Source: Paraphysomonas bandaiensis (taxonomy: Eukaryota; Protista; Chrysophyceae). From it: 64,000 bases of DNA. How positions within the stretch are numbered: position 1 is the first letter of the stretch; the number at the start of each line of letters is the position of its first letter. A program made the translations under genes and the position numbers. The notes under the pieces were generated by a model. That model saw only the letters and a list, made by a program, of their open reading frames with translations, was not told the origin of the DNA and did no database searches. The stretch is taken from NCBI GenBank assembly GCA_965644295.1, contig CBFFRP010000435.1, forward strand, positions 201,486-265,485, written 5' to 3'. This document shows positions 9,740 to 23,126 of the stretch, piece by piece.

Positions 9740-12091
9740 CTACGTCAGTATTATTGTCGATATTCCTGACGCAATTGCAGCCAAAGCAAACTCCTTGCAG
9801 GATATACTATGTGACGTTGTAATCGAATGACCAGTCATTTCTGAAATATATATGGTAAAAATGTCGCATACTCAAAGTGTACTATGTGCATAAATACAAA
9901 CCTCTATCAGACGACTCACGGAATTCACATGAAGTTCGGTCAGAATCAATAGATCTCTCGTCAATGCCCAGTGATCGACCAAGGGTACAAGAGACAGGCA
10001 TCTCACCGATAATTAGGAAGTCAGGAGAATATGCAAGTGATTCTTTCACGAATTCTGAGACGACAGATTCGCGATCAGCATAAATACTCTAAATAATATA
10101 CATCAAATCAGCACTAATATACAGTATATGTAACCTTCATATCATAGCCTTGATCTCTATAAGTTTTGCAAAAATCGTATACATGAGAATGATTGACTTT
10201 CTTTTCCGTTTGGGACTCTAGCAGTCCGACGTGAATCAATACCAAGTTATCTCCTTGTTTCGCAAGGCATCTCGCGTACTAACACAATACCTCAATAACA
10301 CAGTAATAGCTATGTGACTAGTGCACTTGCCTTGAACGCATGACAGAGTTCGCCGCTGTTTGTAGGTATGCCTACAACAAAAGTTCTTTTGGACTGATAA
10401 AATTTCTCCTTTGTAAAATGGGGCAAGCACAAAACGGCTAAATCCACACGATGGGCACTTGCATTACGAAGAATGTCTTCCGCTAATGGAATCGACCCAC
10501 TGTGAGTAGTTACAACTAGGGGAAGAGTACCCGAACTACTGTTATACAAGCTATTAATTGTGCGCCTCGTCTCTTTCGCACACTTGTCTTTAGCGAACCG
10601 ATTCGTGAACTCATTTTTATTCGGTTCCGGCGAGTTCAGAAGTGACCAAATATGAGGAAATACTCTTGTATATGTCTCAGATAACAAATTTGGTTGAGAG
10701 GTAGTGCTTGAACGAGTTGCCTGACTGCTTGTCGTACAGCGATCAAAATTGACCGGCCCTGGGTCAACAATGCGTACCGAAAAGAGAGGGGATGATTCCC
10801 GACTAAGAGCGAGAACATTAGTTTTCCACGCTTCTTTAAGCACTTGTGAGCTATACGATATAGTTGTGCGGGGACTACTGAAGCAATCTTTATCGCCTAA
10901 AATCTCATTGTCGTATGGGCACACCGCTCTAGATGGCACAGTACAAATCGATGACATACTGTGTATATAATTGACACTACTGGAGAAACGTCTATGAACA
11001 GTACCTCCTGTACTAAGAGACGAAGCTTCTACTGAAGGATCACATGTTTGACAAATGAGATTAAGATGGTCGTATGCATGGCATAGCGACAGAGCACTTT
11101 GTACAAGACACATGCACGAGCACATCTCCCCGTTCTGTTTACATTGCGACGCACATAACTCTGGCCCTACAATCACAACAACTTGTTTGGAGAAGGTGGT
11201 ACGGTGACTGCGACTGGTGCTTTCTGTAGAATGTTCTCCAGAAGCATCACAACATCTTGAAGTGGCCACGCGTTGACCAGTCTCTTGCATCATAATATCC
11301 GAGCAGCGAACGCCTCTTGATATTCCGTCCACAACACCCAGCACCCACTGCGAAATTTTATGATGCATATCGGTGCGACAAATATAGGAATTGCTACGAA
11401 ATATCTCCCGATCCAATGTTCGCTTCAGAGCCCGCAACATAGATCGTGGGAAGGCTTTATGAGTGAAGACACGGTCTTGGGCGATTGTATTCAGAGCTAC
11501 AACTGTATCTGATGGCATTGTCCGGCATAGAACATCATCGCGAAACACACACCAATCAAACATATGCATACTCATTTTTAGAGTAACTCCATGTTGTACC
11601 ATGTGGGTTTGAAAAGCTCTCCAGAATCTTATTAGTCTAGTCCTTTCTAAAGGTGACAAAGACAAGTGATCCGTGAGCATATTCCCCTCGCCACTCTCCC
11701 AATCACTCCCCTGTGACCCACTGTTCCTTTCAGTGATTTCTATGTCTACTTCGAGTACCTGACGCATTATTACCGCAAAGTAAGATACAAGTATGCCGTA
11801 AAGACACTTCATCGCAGTGTTAACTTTGAGTGGTAAGACATTAAACTTAGACCACTCCTTTATATCACAGGCCTCTATTACACTGATCGGCTCAACAGGA
11901 GTCTCCATCAGCTGTATAGGCTTTATTTTACGTCCTTTCACTCTGCTGGTGAGTGGTTTACCCCCCTCTATCCTCTTAATCCCCACAGTGGGATCTGTTT
12001 CATGAGTGGGCTGTTTATTTATATCATAGAGCCTCTTTAACTCGAAGAAAATCTTCTGACTACGAGTACAGGGGTAGCTATGAATAGGCAT
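9740..12091 (-). CDS. Protein with degenerate tandem universal-stress-protein (USP)-like domains; multi-exon
   Basis: The 593-aa ORF continues through a GC-AG intron (10279-10330) into YARCLAKQGDNLVLIHV. RTFVVGI, LAEDILRNA..DLAVL and PDFLIIG are USP-like. 3' end approximate. Confidence 0.55.
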
Positions 12092-13297
12092 GAACTGTAT
12101 GGAGGGTACAGTGATTGGGTGTTACTTGTATACGCTGATTTCTATTTCCATTACAAGTATATGATAGATACTCACTGTACCATATATATCTACAGGCACG
12201 TCCTTCCGTGTGACGATACAGACACTTCTACTCGAAACTGATTCACAACTTTTACTTCCTCCAAATTTATACAGTAAATCTAGAAAACACTGATATTATA
12301 TACAAAATACTCATAAAACGCTATATATAGAGTAAATCTCCAGTTCCCATACATACTGACGATATACTATACGAGATATTATCCAATTAATTTGATCTGA
12401 CAATACGTTGGACTGACAACTGTCACTATAAACATGATGCATGAGATGGTACGTTGTGTAATAAAATGGAAAACATATCGGAGGGATATGTCCCAAATCT
12501 TGACTAAGATAATGTAAGCAGCCATATTGCAAACTGCAGAAGCCTTTGAGAGTACAGATATTGAACATGTTTATGGTTCTTATGCTCCCAGAAAACTACT
12601 TACACAAGAAAGTTTCTCGATTTTGAAAGTCTCTCACTAATTATATACTCAATTCTTATATTATTTCTTTAATCGTGTAGTTGAAATCAGTTTGAATAGG
12701 AGTGTAAACCAGATGAGTTAGATATGGTTGGTTGGTTCTGCTTCTTTGAAGAAAAGTTACAGCCTATTATTCCTCACCAATATTGTCTATAACTAAGAGC
12801 TGTTTTGGATAGAAAATGATATCGGTCCAGTCTAATCACCTGTAAAGTCATAAAAGATGACTTGGTACTAGAGAGCTAAAATGTCAGAGGGGAAATGAAT
12901 TGTATATGAACAAGGGGTGATATTATATATTATATACTGTAGAGGAAGAGCTAAATACATATTATACTTTAGAAGTACATGAAGATGACTGAGCACACTC
13001 AGCACGTAGTGGTGAACAACCACAACGATTTGGTATTGTATAACCTCCTTGTATAGAATTTACCCCTGTCAGTAATAAGTACCAAAAGATCTGAATAGAA
13101 CTTCACCACATTTTCAACTTACAATTTTGTAAAAAAAAAGTGGTTAAATTAACCCCCCTCCACTCAAGCGGTTTAATAACGTATTTATGTTTAACATTTT
13201 ATATTATACTGTATTGTTATAAAGCCGACTTAACACACACACTTGCCGATGATTCTGAACAACAGTGAGCAAGCTATACGCAAATTACACATGTATG

Positions 13298-14683
13298 CTA
13301 CGAATTATTAATTTCCATTGAACTATTAATAAGGTTGGGATTAACCGCAGTCCGCCTATTTTGTTGCTTCATTATAGCTTGGCTCTTCGACATACTAGAC
13401 CGCAACTTATCCTTTTTTTCCATATGCTGCTTTCTAATGGCCACCTCTTCACCCACTTCACATCGTCTTTCATAAAGTGTTATACAATACTAAAACAATA
13501 ACTCAAGATACTTACTCTGCATGCTCTCTAACTTTTTCTAAGTTACCAGCAAATTCGTTCCTGGCATCATGGGAGTCACACTCGAAGTCATACGTTTTCT
13601 CTGCTGTGCATATGGAAAAGCAGCGCAAGGAGTCCTCACTTTTGGAAGCTAAGGTTGACAAAGCCACGGTCTCTGCACCTAATCCACGATTAACTTATCG
13701 GTTTTTCGAGTTAATCATTGTCACATCAACTCATAAATTACAGGTAACGCCTCACCATACTGTACACTAACAATACTTTCAATCGGCACCCTATTTGTGA
13801 TCTCCTTGCCCCCTCCAGGTACGGTGGGAGCTGCGGGGTCGTACCAATATATGCTCTGGCCTTTCTCGTCCACCTATCCCATAACATTTAAAGTACGGAT
13901 TTTCTACATGAGAGATAAAATACCTTTACGATTCTATCATGTACCTTATGAAATCCCATCGCCATGTAGTGCTTCCGCTGTATCACTCATTAGAATTATA
14001 TCATTATATATATTCATTGCATTGCATAGTTAGGTTCGTATACACACCATTTTCAGTCCTTTCTGTAGTGACGAAAGTGCTTCTCTCCGCTCTTCTGATT
14101 TACGGTCGAACCAAGTTTGCATGCCTTTGTTGGCAATGCCTTGTGCGCGGAAGACCGCATCATTCGCTCCATCTATCTCATCCAAAATAGCGTCGTACCT
14201 GATTCGTCAATACAGAAGTTATAACAACGGTCGGAGATGGCATAACATACGCACCAGTGCTTCTGGTCGGCGTGGCTATCAGCGTTCAAATGGATAAGAT
14301 CACCATTACCAGCCGTAATTTGAATACCATGCATTTGATCTGCATCAATTTTCATCTTGCAAGAAGCCCCAGCTAAATCTGTTTCCCCCAAATAGCCAGA
14401 ATCTGTCGTTATCGTAAGAAACAAACAGCATTTCCATGCAGATATTACCTGGTAAACCGTGGCCCCTTGCATCACATCTCGCGCTATTGAAATAATACAA
14501 AATTCCATCAACAAGAACACAAAAAACTTTTTCCCAGCTTGATATAAGTTTATTCTCTTTCTTCATTAGCCACCCTATTCTATTAACATCGGCTGATTTC
14601 TCTATTGGAGGGGCACATGTTTCGACTGGATCAAAGGCGGTCTCCACAGGGTTCTGTTGCGATTTATCTCCAAAACAACACAT
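13298..14683 (-). CDS. Tandem PH-domain protein, multi-exon
   Basis: IGWLMKKENKLISSWEKVFCVLVDGILYYF...LNADSHADQKHW. Later exons give a second PH-like domain (SIYWYD, RCFSICTAEKTYDFECDS). GT-AG introns explain the frame changes. Confidence 0.75.
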
Positions 14684-15150
14684 AATTATATCAGAAACTG
14701 GGATTGTTTACAACAATCCTCAGTAATGATCTACCCTTTGACTATGTCAAGTGGAACCCACTGCTAGAGAAATACTTAAGCATGGCGGTATATTTACATC
14801 AGAATCATGTTGTGAATATCTATTTTTGCTACATGCAGAGGGTTTGTAGTCCCAAATCCGTATTTTTTAGGTATTGAATACATAACAAAAAATAGTACTA
14901 AGAAGTATAAAAAACAGTGTTTTCTAGTTTTTATAGTCCCAAAGTTTGCAAAGTGTTGAAAAAGGGTATTTTGTGTGTGGATATGCAGCGCAACACGCAC
15001 GGACCATGTAGACTATGCATATTATAGCAGAGTGATGCATGGTAGTATAGTGCACAGCAGAAGAGAACAAGAAGGTTTCCATACCATACACATATCAACT
15101 AGTGTGATACAGTATAAGACAAAATTAAACTTCTTCTATTACTTATAAGT

Positions 15151-15991
15151 ATGTTTGTTGCCAATTCACTAGCATTTAAGTCAATTGCACGCACGTCTGG
15201 CTTCTTGAGGAAGTCCCATGCATTCCACAGGTTGGTAACTATTCCTCTTACAACGACTGTAGCTTAGTATATTATTATAGTTCTGCTGCTGCCCTTGCCA
15301 ATCCAAAGGTTTTCTTTGATATTGATATCGCTGGAAAAGACTCTGGAAGGGTTACCTTTGAGCTTTTCTCTGATGTTGTTCCGAAGACGGTATATGGTCT
15401 ACTCCATACGCTATGCTTGTGCTCATTGTGCGTGGTGCCTACAGGCTGAGAACTTCCGTGCTCTCTGCACTGGTGAGAAAGGATTTGGATTCAAGGGGTC
15501 CCATTTCCACCGCGTGATTCCCCAGTTCATGTGCCAGGGTGGCGATATGACGGTAATGCAGCAATGCTCTATATTGTGTATGAAATCGTAACCTGCATTG
15601 TCTTATATATAGCGTGGTGATGGTACTGGTGGAAAGTCAATCTACGGAAGCAAATTTCCCGATGAGAACTTTGACATCAAGCACACAAAACCGTTTCAGC
15701 TCTCCATGGCAAACGCTGGACCCAACACGAACGGTTCCCAATTTTTTATTACCGTAGGTCAGTGGAGTGGGCATCGTGCTACGTTTCTGTAATTTGTATT
15801 CCTAATACTATCACGTTTTTTCTAATATATGCTTGTCCTATGCAGTTCCGTGCCCGTGGCTGGATGGCAAGCACGTCGTGTTCGGAGAGGTTGTTGAAGG
15901 ATCAGATGTTGTGAAAGCCATTGAGGGACAAGGATCCCAGATGGGACGCCCAAAGAACCAGATCACAATTAGAGATTGTGGTGAACTTTAG
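15151..15991 (+). CDS. Cyclophilin-type peptidyl-prolyl isomerase, probable mitochondrial presequence; 5 exons
   Basis: [53 protein letters not shown] and [10 protein letters not shown] assembled across GT-AG introns. Basic/Ser-rich N-terminal extension. Confidence 0.95.
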
Positions 15992-17637
15992 AAAGGGAGA
16001 AGAATCATGCCGTTATGGCCTTATCTGTAGTTCCTTGGATCGTTTACTTGTTAGGGCTGTAATATCGGGTGTGCTAGAGAGCAGTAATTAATATTCCCTG
16101 TGCAATCTATCAGTTGCTTTGACCTCCACGAGCAAAATTATAGTGCAATAATGTGTTTTGCAAAGTTGATAGTGAATAGTGGATGTTATAACGTTTCAGT
16201 GACACTCATTCGTCAAACCAGCTGATTATATCGACGCAATCTTCTTTGATATAGGATATAGGGATAGGGGTTATCAGTGTCGCCAATGTTACCAAAACTT
16301 TGACAATGCAACAACACGCAGCAACCGTCCATAAACAAAACAAAGAACAACATTCTAGAAACGACTGGTTTTGAAAGCAAAACTCATCTCAAAAGTTCGT
16401 TTGATACATCATCGTCATCGAGATATATGATTTAAGAATATCAGAACACATCAAGTCAACCTAGCCACAACAATCCCAAAATATTAAGCTGTATGAACAC
16501 TTGCTTCAAAACACAGTTGATACAATTTTTCTCTGAAAAAAGTAATATATTAAAAGCGACAATTTTAGCATAGCTAATTAGACAAAATTGAAATCCTTTC
16601 TATGTCATTTTACTCATGAAACAAACTCCTTGGCTTTGTCAGAATCTAATGCAGATATGTCGTAGCAATAGACTCATCGAACGGCCAATTTACTCAATCA
16701 ATACAACATAAATAGACTCATACATTCAAAGTTCATAAAAGCAGATGATGTATACTTATTTATATCTGGGAATACACTAATTCCTCAGTACATTCCCACT
16801 TGTGTGAAATATGTTATCAGCCACTCCAGTTATTCACATCAATTAATCGACACAACATAGTATCATCACCATCAAGGAATGGTCTCAAAATCACCACCAG
16901 TTGTTGACAAATTCACCGAATTAAACCTCTTCTAATAAGGTTTACGCAAGGTTGAATGAGTCAATATAGCTACTCCAGAGAACTACTCATCACTTTTGCT
17001 GAACATATCGGTGACTCTTATGCTACTGTATAACTTGTACAGTCGATCGATCAAGCACTACATGACTGGACAGGACCAAATGAAATCTCCGGTTCAATTC
17101 TCCAGTCTTGTTCCATTATTATTGTCAATCATTCTTCATTATTATTATTCTCATCTTATCATTGTCACATTATGCCCTAGATCTTGATTCATAGGTTGGT
17201 CCAATAACTGCGATAGCAGTGTCTTTGCTTTCGAACGCATGATATCATCTAGATATCTTGTATCCAGACCTCTCCACTGCAGGCAGTACTCTGTACATCC
17301 AGCTACAACACAACTGGTATACCGTAGAGTACAGTACTGCTGTATGCATTCTATGTATTCTGGAATTGTACTGTACGCCGTATACTGGTATACCGTATAT
17401 GTGAAGGACACCATATATTCAACAACGAATTCCCCGTATGTATGTATATGTATGTCAACATGGATGTACAGAAGAGTGTACTTCTGACTGACTGCACTGT
17501 TACTGTATGCCGCTTCAGTCTAGTGTATATTTCAACCCACTCACACCTCCGATACACTTATTGGAGAAGTAGATTTGTGGGATTTTTATCAATTAGTTTG
17601 CTCCAAGTTAGAAGTACTTATAGCGTGCTGGTCAATA

Positions 17638-17983
17638 ATGGATGCCAACGGTGGATTTGAAATGAAGGATCAGAGTGCCTCGGCTAAGTTGAAAAGATTG
17701 TGTACTGAACAACCCTTCGTTCCAATTGGCTGTCTTGCTACTGTTGGGTTTCTTGTGAATGGATTAAACCAAATGAGAAAAGGGAACTCAAGGAATTCAC
17801 AACTGATGATGCGTGGGAGAGTCCTCGCACAGGTGATTAATCACACAGAACTTAAAGTTACCAGCTGATGTTGTAATATTAATATAGGGTTTTACAGTAT
17901 TATGTATCTACTTCGGTGTTGCGGCAGCCAATAAAGCCAAGGAGCCGAAGAGTATTGAGGACCTTGGCCGACGTGTCGCTTAA
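17638..17983 (+). CDS. HIG1-domain protein (Rcf1/HIGD2-like respiratory supercomplex factor); 2 exons
   Basis: KLKRLCTEQPFVPIGCLAT...SQLMMRGRVLAQ|GFTV. Intron after AQ; stop TAA 17981-17983. Confidence 0.9.
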
Positions 17984-18324
17984 TCGCGAAGGCTACTTCA
18001 ATATCTCACTTTCAGTATATATTCCTGCATTTGTACTTCTTAGTTAATTAATTTCTAGTCCAAGCTTGAAAATCGTACTTAACACTACTAATTATTGCTT
18101 ATCTAACTATTTACTGCTCGAAATATTCCTGCAATTGGACTACGCTTTCGTAGCGTAGAAAATTCACTGGCATATCGATATGATTTCGACAAAACTACAT
18201 TAATAATGAATCAACTAGTTATTAATACTGACGCAGTTATGTATGAGAAGCAAGCATTTATTACTAATAATCCTCCCGTTACTTTAAAAAGAGCTTGTGT
18301 ACATGTGTATACGGCACTGTATAC

Positions 18325-18557
18325 CAGGGCTAGGAAACAATATATTGCAATACTATTGATAGATAGCGTTCCAACAATACTATTGATGGAGATTTTAAAC
18401 AGGCTCAACAATACAATTGCAATATATTGTGAGCCACTTTAACAGAAACAATATTGATGGGATTTTTGGCCGGTCGAAAAATCAATATATTTTACAATAT
18501 ATTGCAATATATTGTACAATGTAGTATTGCAATTCAATATATTGTTTCCTAGCCCTG
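18325..18557. mobile_element. hAT-type MITE, 233 bp
   Basis: Perfect 23-bp TIR CAGGGCTAGGAAACAATATATTG, 8-bp TSD CTGTATAC on both sides, internal CAATATATTG/CAATACTATTG repeats. Confidence 0.92.
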
Positions 18558-19736
18558 CTGTATACTGCTCACTTCGAATATTTACAAGTGGTTACAGTTT
18601 TACAGCAACGTTGTGAGTCGTGAGTGACTTCATAAGAAACTTTAACTATCATATTGACGAGTAATTATTATTCAAATATGCATTTAAAAAACACAAGAAC
18701 GATACATGTCTATTGTAGCTCTCTACGTGTTCAATGTCTATTGTAGCTCTCTAGAAAGGTATATTTAATGAATGCTGTAAATAGCTATTGATTCAACAAT
18801 TTAAAAAATGGTACTAAGTAAGAGCTATGAAATAGAAATGCTTTTATAAAATCTGTTACTGCTGTGAGGTTAGGTTCAGGTTTCTTCCTAACTTTGAGTA
18901 CAAAACTTTCCCATATACAACACATATCCAAACGAACTTGGCGCATACGCGCATTCCTACAATATAAGGGAGCAGATATATTGCAGTGCAGTAATGATTA
19001 TCACATTTTCATTGCTCTTGTGAATGCCAGTAAAGAGGTCTTTCGTGGGAACATGAGCAGCGAGATCCACATTGATAACAAAGTATGCAATACACCTATA
19101 GTTCTGCATACCACATTGAAATAGAATGTACATATACATAGTATGTTTGTATATAATAAGTAGGTTTGTAATTGTACTGATGACCCTCTTTTCAACCCCA
19201 TTAATCGTTTAACGGTTCAGAGACTTTAGGGTGAGTCTCATTGTAGAAAACTCATCGCCGTCGATATGGTGGTCACATATTATCGGTGTTATATGCCTCA
19301 TTCTAGTTCCTGTGAATGGTTATAAGAGCTGTTGTATGGAGGATACCCCATACTCCTATACCCCATACTCCTATACTCCTATCTATTGACCTCTTTGCAT
19401 GCTTTAAAACATGCATTAGATTGATAGGCTGGTGCATAAAACCATCATTTTTACTAAAAACATGGATTTTATATATCCTGTTCATAGAAAATTCGCGGTC
19501 TATAGATGGTGTACACAACTTCTTGCTGATCTTACTCCTGCTACATGCCGTATGCTGCTGTATGCTGTATGCTGTATGTCCTCAATAAGGGGCATACTAT
19601 CATCATATGACCATGATATGCTGCTATATATTTCCATGAACCATATCAGTGTTACTCTTACGATATCATCACAATGACTACAACAATACTATCCATTTAA
19701 TACTACTCATATATAACAATCTAATCGTAACGGATA

Positions 19737-21803
19737 ATGAAACCAGGACAAAAAATATCAAGAAACACTCAATTAGAGCTCTATTTACAGAGCATGGGAC
19801 ACGAACATGTATCAGACACACGTGGAACACACACATACAGGGATAGTTATATATATAAACTAATATGTTATATTATTTCATGTATTCAGTTATTGTGTAA
19901 TAGATGTGTATTATTGACTATTGTACTCCTCAAAACATGCAGTACACAGTGCGGTGTATACACGAAATTATATTTGCATACACATGGATATACTGGCCCA
20001 TCGGAAGAGTTTTTCTTAGAAACTCCTTTAGTTGCTCTCATGGCACTCATTTTAATTAAAGTGCTATATTTTTTCTTCTTCGTCATCACATCTTTACGTT
20101 TGGTCTATGTGGTTATCATTTCATTCCCGTGCATACTGTGTATTGCGTTTATTTCCCAATCGTTCTATATCTCTTATTTAATGGATGCAATATGTCGCAA
20201 GGCTTTTTCTCTTGAGCGGTCCACTCGAGCTTGTACTAGTGTGATTCGAAAAATGCAACTTACTTTGTGTGGCAGAGATATATTGCATCCACTGCCGCCG
20301 GTACACAAACTGGAAGAATATATTGCGATGAGGTGCACGTCGCAAGAACAAGACTATCTAGCGATGCGGGAAATGCGGATGGCTCTGTCAACTTCTCTGC
20401 AAAAGCTATGCGAAACCTTGAAATCGATTAATGCATCACAATCATATTCATCTTTCTCTGCAAATGGCAACCTGTCATCCCGGGCTCTACATACGCATAT
20501 AGACGATGTATTCCATTCGTTATTACCTTTAGTTATTCACACGCATTACAACCGTTTCGCCTCAACTACTTCTTTTGAATATAGTACTGCCAAGGCAATG
20601 GAAGAGTTTATTTCCACGCTCTCTGCAAGCTGGTCTGTATATAGAGTGTATAGTGCACTGTTGTCATATGAAAGAGTCTTGCTCTCACTGAACCCCTCAA
20701 TGCATCATAATATCGCACTTGATAACACATATTTTACTGATGATGATGATGTGAACTGCAGTAGTGTCTTAGGAGAAGATCCTTGGAAGCTTTATATGAA
20801 CGCTAGACAAGAACTAAGTACCTTGCGAGCACGGTGTGAGGATACCGCCCTCAGAGTATATCAAGCAGAGTGCAAACTCGCCGGTGTAGCTTTTTCGTGC
20901 CTGAACTCATCTAATCTTCCAAATAAAGATACGATTCGTAATAATAGTGTATCACCAGAAAGGGTTCTGGAGTTAGAAAGGGTCGTCAATATTGCGCAAG
21001 AGGCCCTCCATGTTTATACTGGGAGAGGTGTTTCTGCCCCCTATTTTGAAGAAAATGCAGAATGTTGTTCTGCTGAGAGTAGCAATGGGTCTGGATTTAG
21101 AAATTGGTCCCTTCCAACAGCGAGTGAGCTAGAGAGCACTCTGGTTAAATTGGCAGATCTTGTACGGATATGTTCTATACAGCATAAGCATGCCCTGGGT
21201 GAGGATACTGCTGCGCTACTATGTGTGGAAGAGACCCAACCTATTCCTCCAACGGATCAGAATGAAGACATCCCACAAGATCTTTCCAATCGATCCTGTC
21301 CTCAGTTCCCAGTCCCTTCAACGCAAGAGGAGTACTCCGATGGGGCTGACCGTGCGGCTCCATCCCACCTCAGTCTTATTCCTCAGCTATCAGAAGGGGT
21401 GATTGAGGTTATCACAGCCGAGGTTCTCTCTGACATTCAGATCAAACACATGACTTGCGACCCGGAGTATGACAGAAACAGAGAGGAGTATAGAGCAATA
21501 TCTCGCACAGTCATGTCGGAATTAGGAGGACATGTGGGCGTTATCAAAGCGAAAAACTCACTCATTGAAAGGGAGCGCAGTCTTGTGACAGCACCAGTTC
21601 CGGATAGTAGCCCTGCCCTCCCAGTTCTTAAACCAGCAGAACAGCCCCATGAAATGCATATTGCTCCTAGTTTTAATACTGATCGTCCTTTGTCCGATGT
21701 GGTCAGTAGAGCTAATTTGCAATGCGAGCTTTCATCATTGTTAGGTGGAATTCATCGAGAGGGAGATGTTATTGGAGATAGTTCTGATGATGATTGCACT
21801 TAG
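19737..21803 (+). CDS. Vezatin-like membrane protein
   Basis: Two TM segments followed by VIRKMQLTLCGRDILHPLPPVHKLEE, resembling the vezatin-domain motif LIQEVEL..RGY....PLPPI.RLE. The 5' part may include an in-frame intron. Confidence 0.55.
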   Translation: MKPGQKISRNTQLELYLQSMGHEHVSDTRGTHTYRDSYIYKLICYIISCIQLLCNRCVLLTIVLLKTCSTQCGVYTKLYLHTHGYTGPSEEFFLETPLVALMALILIKVLYFFFFVITSLRLVYVVIISFPCILCIAFISQSFYISYLMDAICRKAFSLERSTRACTSVIRKMQLTLCGRDILHPLPPVHKLEEYIAMRCTSQEQDYLAMREMRMALSTSLQKLCETLKSINASQSYSSFSANGNLSSRALHTHIDDVFHSLLPLVIHTHYNRFASTTSFEYSTAKAMEEFISTLSASWSVYRVYSALLSYERVLLSLNPSMHHNIALDNTYFTDDDDVNCSSVLGEDPWKLYMNARQELSTLRARCEDTALRVYQAECKLAGVAFSCLNSSNLPNKDTIRNNSVSPERVLELERVVNIAQEALHVYTGRGVSAPYFEENAECCSAESSNGSGFRNWSLPTASELESTLVKLADLVRICSIQHKHALGEDTAALLCVEETQPIPPTDQNEDIPQDLSNRSCPQFPVPSTQEEYSDGADRAAPSHLSLIPQLSEGVIEVITAEVLSDIQIKHMTCDPEYDRNREEYRAISRTVMSELGGHVGVIKAKNSLIERERSLVTAPVPDSSPALPVLKPAEQPHEMHIAPSFNTDRPLSDVVSRANLQCELSSLLGGIHREGDVIGDSSDDDCT

Positions 21804-22465
21804 TACTTTGTGTGCTTTTGAGTAAGTCCGGAAATAGTTTGCCGTTTTTATCAGAGACTAGACAAGAATATAAATATTAGTTGTGCATCGTATGAGCTGG
21901 ATTCAAGTACGTCGATAGATAATTGATATTATGTATGTGTACATGTTTATGTGCCGCTGTGGCACAGATATGAAGTAGCAGTATTATTACAGTAGTATGT
22001 AAAAGCGTTTATTGTTTCCACAGCTCGTGATACTAAAGTAATGAAAACTAATTTACATTTATTGGGAATAATATGTATTACTATAGAGTATATAACATTA
22101 AATACCATTACATTGGTTGCTACCTATTATGCGATGTATGAATGAAAATATTGCATGTAGCCTTTATACGAAGTCTTGCATATTCGTTATAAATTTTGTA
22201 TATCATGACCTGTGTAAATAATTACAGCAAGGAAATACAATGAACTACTACACCATAGTAGGTATTTATATATGTAATAATATGTACAGTCATTGTTGCG
22301 AACTATGATCGTGAGTCAACATACTACTTGTCACGTTTGATCTGGCCCTATATACTATATACCACAGGTAGACAACATTTCGTTGGTCTGTTTAAACTTT
22401 GTAGGAGAGGGTACAGCATTGAACAAGGTAAATTCAGGGTAGACATATATATCTAGAAAATTATG

Positions 22466-22900
22466 CCCTCAACAAAGTCGAACTCGCACCTTTTCGTGGT
22501 GTTCTGGGGGATAAAGGCAGCGGAAATATTTTTCCTGGAAACTAATGTGAGCCGCAAACATAGTCAGTAGATATTTTTCTGCCCAGTCATAGCCAAATGC
22601 TTGTGTAGTACGAGGGACACAAATAAGTGTCACTTGTGTAGACGTCTTTGGGCCTTGATGAATAAACAGGCATCCGGGGTTTGGGGCTGCCTGCTGAAGT
22701 CAAGCATGTGGGATGCTCACCTTCAGGATTCAATATTCCTGAAGTCAGTATTTTGTTTGCTCACTGCGTTTGTTTTGAGTGATAGAGCTTGGTGATTGCG
22801 GTGACGCAGAAACAGCTTTCGTAGCGCTAAGCAATAGGACATCAGAGTTAAGCACTAGTTAGTTATATTGTCTACATTAGTTCTGACTCTTACACGCCTA
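22466..22900 (+). mobile_element. SINE/non-LTR-like repeat, copy 1
   Basis: Closely matches 27771-28295 from the same 5' end (CCCTCAACAAAGTCG.ACTCGCACCTTTTCGTGGTGTTCTGGGGGATAA). 3' end approximate. Confidence 0.75.
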
Positions 22901-23126
22901 CGGTGCTTGTTCACTGTGTTTGCTTTGCATGTTGCGCCTTAGTACTTACACGGTGACACACAGTAGGATAATAGAGTTATATGGGCAATGTGTCTGGCGG
23001 GCCTGTGCCATGGACTATGTGAGGGGTGAATGGGGCGAGATGTATATATGAGAGTGTAATTCGGTGGTGGAGATGGTGTTGGTTGTCGAGGTGGGGTTTC
23101 GGCCACATGTAAGGAGGAGTTGTTTC

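Noticed and set aside
18706-18753. 20-bp direct repeat; also short tandem repeats near 19340 and 19550
   Set aside because: Ordinary local slippage duplications.
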